Part shown: positions 56,964 to 64,000 of the stretch, piece by piece
Numbering within the stretch: the first letter of the stretch is position 1
Layout of the letters: each line of letters opens with the position of its first letter
Assembly: GCA_016932045.1 (NCBI GenBank)
Contig: JAFGDO010000011.1
Location: 5,997 to 69,996, forward strand
Direction of reading: 5' to 3'
Length of the DNA stretch: 64,000 bases
Source of the DNA: Candidatus Dojkabacteria bacterium
GTDB lineage: Bacteria > Patescibacteriota > Dojkabacteria > JAHIVN01
The notes under the pieces: model-generated
What the model was told of the DNA's origin: nothing
The model's database searches: none
Seen by the model: the letters and a program-made list of their open reading frames with translations, nothing else
Made by a program: the position numbers and the translations under genes

Positions 56964-57572
56964 TTAGATAAACATTATTAACAAAAAAGTTAAGCTTGAA
57001 GCTATTATACTAATAAACACCAAAGTTATCGAGGGAAGGATAAAGACTTGCTTGTTCTTTTTTAGTTTATTGGAGAGAATTAGTATACTTGCGACTAAAA
57101 AAAGAATTTCAAGTGCAAAATAAAATGGGGTGGTCAGAAGCTGGAGTACTAAATTATCTGTTTCTATAAAAGGCGATACTTCCATAACAGCTATCATCTT
57201 ATCAGAGAAAGGATAAAAAAGTTTAACATGTCCTGCAAATGCGTCAAAGATCAAGTGAGTGAGAGTTGTCATTAACATTATAAATATAAAACTTAACAAT
57301 AACTTTCTTCTTCTACTCTTTATGAAAAAGGTAAAGCCAAGAAGAATTATTGCTATTGCAATATAAAGAATTGGTCTGTGGGTTATATAGTCGTGATGAT
57401 GAGATCCTCCATTGAAGAATGCGTAAGCAAGATCAAAATCAGGCAGCACACCCGTAATTATTGAGCTTGAGTAAAGAAGTGATTTTTCAAGATCTGAGTA
57501 GTCTTTTTTCTCCCAAACTTTTCTTGTTAAATACGCTGTTGTAAATCCGGCTGCACCGTGTGATAGAAACAT
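56964..57572 (-). CDS. Membrane-bound metal-dependent hydrolase-like protein (YdjM/DUF457-like)
   Basis: Polytopic membrane protein with His clusters (GGSHHHDYITHRP). Weak call. Confidence 0.35.
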   Translation of the reverse strand: MFLSHGAAGFTTAYLTRKVWEKKDYSDLEKSLLYSSSIITGVLPDFDLAYAFFNGGSHHHDYITHRPILYIAIAIILLGFTFFIKSRRRKLLLSFIFIMLMTTLTHLIFDAFAGHVKLFYPFSDKMIAVMEVSPFIETDNLVLQLLTTPFYFALEILFLVASILILSNKLKKNKQVFILPSITLVFISIIASSLTFLLIMFI

Positions 57573-57747
57573 AATGCTAACTTTTATCTTTTATCCCAAA
57601 ACTTATATCTCACAATTTGTATCTCGTAACGAATTTTATGGGTATAAGTACGATTGGTTATTGATAATATAAGATTTCATTTACTTTGTAAAATGGGGTC
57701 TTACATATTAGTTAGCTGATCTTCAACCAATTTAGAGGGAGTTGCTC

Positions 57748-59709
57748 TTAGAACTTTTTAAATGTTACCAGATAGGACTTTTTCTTGAAGAGGATATAAT
57801 AAATAATAAGATCTAAAATTACTATCATTACTCCAGTATATGTTGTGAGAGTAGTCCGTGATCCTGTTTCTGGAAGTCTATCAGTACTGAATCCGCCCGA
57901 ACTTACAAGACCAGAAATTTTCCAGTACTCTACTCCACCCTCTGTACTTACACTTACATTCGTGTTGTTTAAGCTTAAGTAGTAAATGTCTGGACAATTT
58001 GAGTTTATATCGTCAAGAGAAGAGGCACCCGGGCATATACCAATAGCATTTCCATTATTTCTTGGTACATATAAGGTAAAACCGTTCCCTGTTGCTCCGG
58101 GTATAGAATTGAATCCGCCCGGATAGTGGAAAAATGCTTTATTTAGACTACTTCCAGCAGAAATTTGCGACCAATCCCTGTCCTCTGAAAAATCAACACT
58201 TAGGGTTGCAGTTCTATAATTTGATGGATTATGGATAATACCGACTTCCAGATTCCCATTTTGGCCGTTAACTTCAACATCAGTTGCCCAGTCAGATGTC
58301 AGGACAGCTGTTAAATTGCTTGGAATATTTATAAGATTACTTACATAATAGCTATTTAAGTTTAAGATCCAACCAGCGCCACGCATGCTTCCTCCATCAT
58401 CATCTCCCCTTGATCCGACTAAAATATCTTCCATCTTGTCATTATTTATATCTCCAAGGTTCACTACAGCTGAACCGAAATAGTCATCCTCGGTATATGT
58501 TCCTGTGAAATTTCCCTCTGAAGTGTCTATTTTCTGCTCGGACTTAACTGTACCACTTGAATTTAAAAACAAAACCCATACTGCACCGAATTGTCTTGTG
58601 CCATTGTAAACTCCCTCTGCTCCAATAACGAGGTCTGTTACGTTATCTCCATCCAGGTCACCAGCTTGAGTCAGAGAACATCCAAAATAATCATAACTAT
58701 TTAGGACCCCGCTGAAATTCCCTTCCATATCACTTATTTTTTGATATGAACTTACAGTGCCGTCGGAATTTAAAAAAAGAATCCATGCTGATCCGTGGTT
58801 GGATCCACCGTCGTCATCGCCGCTTGCACCTACAGCGATATCCAAAGCTCCGCTAGCATCGAGGTTGCCTAGTGAAGTTATAGACTCTCCAAATAAATCT
58901 CCATTATCAAGAACTCCATTAAAGTTGCCCTGGGTATCACTTATTTTCTGAAGTGAGTTTACAGTTCCGCTAGAGTTTAAGAATAAAACCCAAACAGCTC
59001 CTCTATTTGTGTTTCCATCATCATCTCCCTGTGCCCCTACAGCAATATCTTCAACAGTATCTCCATTGAGGTCAGAAAGACCTGCCATAGAAGATCCAAA
59101 GTAATCATTGTCATCTAATGTCCCGGTAAAAGATCCTTGGGTACTACTTATTTTTTGGTGAGTTCTTACTGTTCCATTAGAATTTAAGAAAAGGATCCAT
59201 ACTGCTCCTCGAGCAGTTCCCCCGTCGTTATCGTACATCGCACCGACAGCTAGATCGGGATTATTATCATTATCAAGATCACCTATAGAAGCCACAGACA
59301 TACCAAATGAATCGCCGTCACTTAAAGTTCCAGTAAATCCTCCCTGAGTATCACTTATTTTCTGATGGGATTTTACTGTGCCATCAGAATTCATGAAAAG
59401 AATCCATACCGCACCATGATTGGTTCCGCCGTCGTCATCTCCGTATGCTCCAATAGCTACATCGGTAACTCCGTCATTATCAAGATCTCCTATAGAAGCA
59501 ACTGAAGATCCAAATTCGTCGTCGTCGGCTAGTATTCCCGTGAAAGAACCATTTGTATCACTTATTTTCTGGTATGACTTAACTGTACCATAGTTAGAGG
59601 ATTGAGCATGGCTGATATCTATGAAGGGCTTATAATAATACCCGAGAAGTATTAAGAATAGTGTTAAGAAAATGAAACTAACAAATGTTTTTTTGAGCCT
59701 TTTCCCCAT
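57748..59709 (-). CDS. FG-GAP repeat (integrin-alpha-like beta-propeller) surface protein with a C-terminal TM anchor
   Basis: There are seven tandem ~65-aa repeats of the form ...FG.S.A..GD.N.DG..D...GA...DDGG...GA.W.LF.NS.GTV.S.QKISDT.G.F.G.L.... Confidence 0.8.
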   Translation of the reverse strand: MGKRLKKTFVSFIFLTLFLILLGYYYKPFIDISHAQSSNYGTVKSYQKISDTNGSFTGILADDDEFGSSVASIGDLDNDGVTDVAIGAYGDDDGGTNHGAVWILFMNSDGTVKSHQKISDTQGGFTGTLSDGDSFGMSVASIGDLDNDNNPDLAVGAMYDNDGGTARGAVWILFLNSNGTVRTHQKISSTQGSFTGTLDDNDYFGSSMAGLSDLNGDTVEDIAVGAQGDDDGNTNRGAVWVLFLNSSGTVNSLQKISDTQGNFNGVLDNGDLFGESITSLGNLDASGALDIAVGASGDDDGGSNHGSAWILFLNSDGTVSSYQKISDMEGNFSGVLNSYDYFGCSLTQAGDLDGDNVTDLVIGAEGVYNGTRQFGAVWVLFLNSSGTVKSEQKIDTSEGNFTGTYTEDDYFGSAVVNLGDINNDKMEDILVGSRGDDDGGSMRGAGWILNLNSYYVSNLINIPSNLTAVLTSDWATDVEVNGQNGNLEVGIIHNPSNYRTATLSVDFSEDRDWSQISAGSSLNKAFFHYPGGFNSIPGATGNGFTLYVPRNNGNAIGICPGASSLDDINSNCPDIYYLSLNNTNVSVSTEGGVEYWKISGLVSSGGFSTDRLPETGSRTTLTTYTGVMIVILDLIIYYILFKKKSYLVTFKKF

Positions 59710-59791
59710 TGGCAGTTAATTCTTTTTGTTATCTTATAGAACTTGTTCAGTCTAGTATAATTTATAATAAATGTCAAAGCAGATCTAAAAT

Positions 59792-61315
59792 TTATGAACA
59801 CTTTACATTATATATCGAGCTTCTATTCAGAACTTTACCGGAAAAATGGTTGTAAAGTTCGAAGTAAAAATCCATTTGTGCGGTAGGTACAACAGGCTGA
59901 CTTTTTTGGAATTGGAAACCTGTTCCTGCTTGACTTGGATTTGTGATAAACCAAGTTTTAATTGCTTCCCACGAAGATCCATTAAAGAATTTTCCCTCTT
60001 CGTTCTGTATGAAAAACCTTACCTTAAGGTGGTCTAAAGGTATGTTATAGTAATTCCCCTTTCCACTAATCGAACCGGTATATGTACCCCCTGTATTTGG
60101 ACTAAAGTCTGCGGGACTGAAATTCCCGCTTGAGAGATCGAGATACTGACCTTGTGAAGTTATGATATTTGTCTGCTTGGATTGATTTACCCCAACTACG
60201 TTACAATAATATGTTACCCCAGAATTTAGACCTACGTTCGGGAACAGATATGTGGGATTGTTTGTATTTGACCAACCTCCCTTATCAGCAGCACCTGGAG
60301 CTGTTCCTATTGAAATCCGATAATATGAAGCATTTTGACTTTGCCAGGAACAGGTCACATCAAAATTTACCTCATTTATTGATATAGTTACGTTTGATAC
60401 TATTGGATCCAGAACAGGAATATTATTATGTTCACCGTTTTCTGTTGATTCGCCTTCTACTTCGCCCTCTTCTACTTGTTCATTTTCAGTAGCATCCTCT
60501 ATATTTATTTTACATTCTAAATGAGATTTATGCTGTTTTAGATAATTTTTAACTTTTTCCGAGTCAGTTTTTAAGATCTCTTCAAAATATTTATCCAAAC
60601 ATTCTATGAATTCATACCAATAGTCTTCCTTTAGAGTTATGTCTTTTTTGAGGGTTAATAGTTCTTCCCGATTTGTTATCTTATTTATTTCAGAATCATT
60701 ATTCTCAAACATTTTCCCGGCTTCAAGTAGAATTTCATTCTCTTGAAACTCTAGGTCTTGAAGTTTTAAGACTATTGTTCCCTCATGAGTATAAAAGGTT
60801 GATGTGTTTTGTTGAGTGTAGCATTCAAATTCAGTCCCCCTTATTACTGCAATTGTATTTGATGTCTCTAACTGATAATCAGCTTCTTTTCCTGTTAGAT
60901 TTACAACTCGTGACCAGGTTCTTCCTATAAGTTGCTTTATTTTCACGTTAAAACTTTCGTCTTCCTCTTTGTGATGGATAATTTCAATTTCTGTGTTGTG
61001 ATCTAGCGAGATTATGCTATTATCGCTAAAAATGATATATCCGAGTCCAGTATCATCTGTTTTTATAACATCGCCCCTGTAGATAGTGACTTCTCCGCTG
61101 GATACTGATATTTCTTGGTTATTTCTAGTTATGCTGATATTCGGTTCGACGATGACAAGTAAGGCTGAGGCATCATCATCTTGTGGGAGATAATTAGCTT
61201 TTTTTGTATCTTTGTCACTTTGTGCAAGTAAAACGAGACCCCATGAAAAGAAGAATACAAAAAAAAATATTATAAAAAATTTGATGGTTATCCTTTTACT
61301 AATTTTGAAAGACAT
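59792..61315 (-). CDS. Secreted protein with a FecR-like domain
   Basis: A signal/TM anchor is present. GEVTIYRGDVIKTDDTGLGYIIFSDNSIISLDHNTEIEI resembles a FecR fold. There is an acidic linker and a C-terminal beta-rich region. Confidence 0.5.
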   Translation of the reverse strand: MSFKISKRITIKFFIIFFFVFFFSWGLVLLAQSDKDTKKANYLPQDDDASALLVIVEPNISITRNNQEISVSSGEVTIYRGDVIKTDDTGLGYIIFSDNSIISLDHNTEIEIIHHKEEDESFNVKIKQLIGRTWSRVVNLTGKEADYQLETSNTIAVIRGTEFECYTQQNTSTFYTHEGTIVLKLQDLEFQENEILLEAGKMFENNDSEINKITNREELLTLKKDITLKEDYWYEFIECLDKYFEEILKTDSEKVKNYLKQHKSHLECKINIEDATENEQVEEGEVEGESTENGEHNNIPVLDPIVSNVTISINEVNFDVTCSWQSQNASYYRISIGTAPGAADKGGWSNTNNPTYLFPNVGLNSGVTYYCNVVGVNQSKQTNIITSQGQYLDLSSGNFSPADFSPNTGGTYTGSISGKGNYYNIPLDHLKVRFFIQNEEGKFFNGSSWEAIKTWFITNPSQAGTGFQFQKSQPVVPTAQMDFYFELYNHFSGKVLNRSSIYNVKCS

Positions 61316-61368
61316 ATGTTTATTTTCGACTAAGAATTAAAAACGATTATAAATTTATAAAGAGTTAA

Positions 61369-63417
61369 TTATTTCGTATACCAATTCCACGATCCGTCCC
61401 AGTTTGAAGACGGTGGAGACTTACTAAAATTTCCTGCTCTTTTGGACATCATCAAAGCTGGATAAAATCTAAATTTGGTGTAAATGTCTTTAAATTTTGC
61501 TTTTGCTTTTTTAAAATCTCTTTTTTGATACAACTTAAGTACATTTTCATATTTTTTCTTTACTATTTCAAGTTTTTCGTTTCTGAAACCCATTATTGAA
61601 TAGATATCTAAAGCGTTTTTCTTGCCCTTGACTCTGACATAATCTAATTTACAGATACTAAATTTTGTAAATTTCTGGTTCCTTTTTAATTCGTTTACTG
61701 TTCCTCCAGTAATAAGTATCTTTTCCCTGTATTCTTTAGTCAATCCTTCCAAACGTGCTGCTACATTCACCAAATCTCCTAAAACAGTATAATCGAATCT
61801 GTCCTTACTGCCGATATTTCCTACGATCATATTGCCTGTGCTGATCCCTATCCCATTTCTTATTATAGGAAAATTATTTGTAGCTGTATATTTTTTATTA
61901 AATAGAATTATCTTTTCAATAATATTTATTGCCGTTTTACATGCATTGTAAGCATGATTGGGGTCATTTATGGGGGCATTCCAAAAACTCATAACATTAT
62001 CTCCTACAAATTTATCTATAGTTCCATTATTCTCAAGGATTTCTTTTGCAATGGTATCAAAATACTTATTCATGAGATAAACTAAATCCTCGGGTTTCAT
62101 GTTTTCAGAAATTTTTGTAAATTTTCTAATGTCCGAAAAAAGAACAGTCATCCTCCGTTTTTCACCTCCAAGTTTTAGGTTTGATGGATCCAGGAGTATT
62201 TCATTCATAACTCGGGGATTTACATAGTGCCCAAGAGCATTGCGGATACTTTCTGACTCATGTTTTTCTTCTAAATATCTTGTTATTAATGAAATTATCC
62301 ATGTAAAAAGTATAGCAAAAGGTGTGAGCAAGACATCCATTATCAATCCTGTATCATATACAACTAGACATATTATCAAATATACTACTGTTATTCCTAA
62401 AGTAAAAAGGAGTGAGTATCTTATGCGTATGATAGACGAGAAAAAAAAGACAGTGAGTAGCAAGACAATTATTATGAATAGTTGAAACTGAAATGGAATT
62501 TGATATAGGATTTCTTTTTCCAAAACCGTGTTTATGGCATTTGCCTGAATTTCAACCCCTGAAATCATTTTCCCGTCCAGAGGATTAATTAAGTTGTCAC
62601 TTATATCCTCGGCGGTAGACCCGACAAGCACAATTTTGTCTTTAAAAAAGTCCTTAGGATACTTACCATCTAGTGCGTCTGTGAAGGGAACTTCCTGGAA
62701 ACTACCTGCTGGACCTGTGTAATTAATTCTTATTATTTCATCTTGTACTTGGATCTCAGTAAAACCCAGTTTTATGGTGCCCTTTTCGCAGTCTATATCT
62801 TTAGCACTCCCAAAATATTCCGACAAAACCTCAAAAGAAAAGCTTGTGGCACATTCGTTATTTATATATTGCAGACCGTAAATGTTTCTTACCTTGCCAT
62901 CTCTATCACATGGAAAATTTACGAAACCGTAGGTAACATACTGTTTATATAAGTCACTTGGGAGTATTTCTTCCCCATTCGATAGTTTCGAGGCAAAAAC
63001 AATATTTGTTTGTGATGTTTCAAGTGCTTTTGCAAAAACTTCATCGCCTTCTCTACTTTCTGCAAATATGATATCAAATCCTATAACCCTTGGTCTTTCT
63101 TTTTCTAAAATTTCTACCAGATCTGCATATTTATCCCGATCCCATGGCCAAGCACCCAGCTTTTCAAGACTTTGATCATCAATTGTAATGATAACAATCT
63201 GGTCAGAGGGTTTTTTTTCCTGCAGTAAGAGGTCACTAAGATAGGTCTGCCATTCAAAGAGGACAACTGGTTTCTTATATATATTAAAAAGGCATACAAT
63301 AAGAACAATGACGAAGATCCATATGAGATTTTTAAACTTATAACCATTAAAGAATTTTCCCTTTGGAATCGAATTTATGAACTTTTTAATAGTATAGCCA
63401 AGGGCAGATTTCATCAA
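61369..63417 (-). CDS. CHASE2-sensor class III adenylate/guanylate cyclase
   Basis: The N-terminal CHASE2 sequence is VIITIDDQSLEKLGAWPWDRDKYADLVE. TM helices follow. The cyclase core is TVLFSDIRKFTKISE...GTIDKFVGDNVMSFWNAP...GISTGNMIVGNIGS. Confidence 0.8.
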   Translation of the reverse strand: MMKSALGYTIKKFINSIPKGKFFNGYKFKNLIWIFVIVLIVCLFNIYKKPVVLFEWQTYLSDLLLQEKKPSDQIVIITIDDQSLEKLGAWPWDRDKYADLVEILEKERPRVIGFDIIFAESREGDEVFAKALETSQTNIVFASKLSNGEEILPSDLYKQYVTYGFVNFPCDRDGKVRNIYGLQYINNECATSFSFEVLSEYFGSAKDIDCEKGTIKLGFTEIQVQDEIIRINYTGPAGSFQEVPFTDALDGKYPKDFFKDKIVLVGSTAEDISDNLINPLDGKMISGVEIQANAINTVLEKEILYQIPFQFQLFIIIVLLLTVFFFSSIIRIRYSLLFTLGITVVYLIICLVVYDTGLIMDVLLTPFAILFTWIISLITRYLEEKHESESIRNALGHYVNPRVMNEILLDPSNLKLGGEKRRMTVLFSDIRKFTKISENMKPEDLVYLMNKYFDTIAKEILENNGTIDKFVGDNVMSFWNAPINDPNHAYNACKTAINIIEKIILFNKKYTATNNFPIIRNGIGISTGNMIVGNIGSKDRFDYTVLGDLVNVAARLEGLTKEYREKILITGGTVNELKRNQKFTKFSICKLDYVRVKGKKNALDIYSIMGFRNEKLEIVKKKYENVLKLYQKRDFKKAKAKFKDIYTKFRFYPALMMSKRAGNFSKSPPSSNWDGSWNWYTK

Positions 63418-63598
63418 TAATGCAGTCTTTTCGGGCTTTAAGTAAATATTGGTATTTTAATTTATTGGTAGCAATCTATTTTAATTAAAACTGATATCTA
63501 AGAGGAAAATTACATAAGAACCTTGATAAATCTATTTTTTAAAGTGTTGACATTGAATTATTTGTGTGAAGTATTATGCTCTTCGGGCTTGTAATGAT

Positions 63599-64000
63599 TT
63601 ATGTTGTTCTAATCTGTCTTAATACTTCATATACTACTACACCACAGCTTGTTGCAACGTTCAAGCTTTCTTTTTGACCATACATTGGTATTTTCACTAC
63701 AGCATCGGATGCTTCGAGGACTTCCTTGGAAACTCCAGTTATTTCATTTCCCAAGACAAGAGCAAGTGGGGTTTTAAATTTAAAATCCCAGAAGTTTTTG
63801 GCGCTTTTTGTTAATTCAACAGATACGATAGCCGTATGATCGGATAGTTTTATAGCTTTTACAGCATCACTTGTGTTTTTGAAGTATTTCCAAGGTACAG
63901 TTTCAACTGCACCCAGTGCGGTTTTAGGGATCTTGTTATGCGGAGGATAGGCGGTTATGCCACACAGGTAAAGCTTTTGTATGTTTGCCGCGTCACATGT
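63599..64000 (-). CDS. SpoU/TrmH-family RNA 2'-O-methyltransferase, 5' end beyond the window
   Basis: Manual translation of the window end gives ...LVLGNEITGVSKEVLEASDAVVKIPMYGQKESLNVATSCGVVVYEVLRQ, the SPOUT motifs. Confidence 0.7.
   Translation of the reverse strand, partial: TCDAANIQKLYLCGITAYPPHNKIPKTALGAVETVPWKYFKNTSDAVKAIKLSDHTAIVSVELTKSAKNFWDFKFKTPLALVLGNEITGVSKEVLEASDAVVKIPMYGQKESLNVATSCGVVVYEVLRQIRTT

Noticed and set aside
1-64000. CRISPR arrays, rRNA genes, IS elements/transposases
   Set aside because: I saw no regularly spaced direct repeats of 25-40 nt with unique spacers, no rRNA-like conserved blocks, and no transposase-like ORFs or terminal inverted repeats on reading through the window. 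The short intergenic motif arrays reported above are too short and irregular to be CRISPR.

Overview
This is a low-GC (~37-40%), gene-dense bacterial chromosome segment. Genes are small and tightly packed with many stop/start overlaps. It encodes a complete type IV pilus (T4P) system but no PilQ secretin gene (none in this window). From these features I infer a small-genome, probably monoderm Patescibacteria/CPR-like organism; that placement is inference, not shown directly.

The first 16 kb carries housekeeping genes: a CapA-like phosphoesterase, dnaB, tRNA-Leu(CAA), efp, an MFS transporter, an Lgt-like gene, an RluD-like pseudouridine synthase, an LCP protein, yebC and ruvCAB.

A ~1 kb noncoding stretch follows, then a XerC/D-family tyrosine recombinase gene.

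Next is a minus-strand block. It holds two tandem GreA-family genes, a 988-aa protein with no recognisable motifs, a P-loop NTPase fused to an OmpR-type winged helix, and an HD-domain protein. After these come gyrA, a small TAATG-coupled membrane ORF, an AIM24/TIGR00266 gene, gyrB and holB.

The centre of the window (32.5-52.2 kb) is a large T4P locus. Its genes are pilB, pilT, pilC, the major pilin, pilD and three minor pilins. They are followed by a Cys-rich pilin-like protein, a lone receiver domain, two paralogous ~700-1000-aa secreted proteins, and pilM/N/O. One of the paralogs carries a bacterial intein-like (BIL/Hint) autoprocessing domain behind a Cys/Gly-rich N-terminus.

The window ends with a KH-protein gene, rpsP, rnc, nusB, an rpmF gene missing from the ORF track, rsmD, a GH18 hydrolase, and an FG-GAP propeller protein gene. 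These are followed by a FecR-like secreted protein gene, a CHASE2-adenylate cyclase gene and a truncated SpoU methyltransferase gene.

Two families of short sequence motifs recur in intergenic regions: TATCTGA/CCATCY-type arrays and a CAATTAAGAATTAA-type AT-rich motif. The first family is concentrated around the pilus operon junctions. No CRISPR array, rRNA or obvious IS element was seen.
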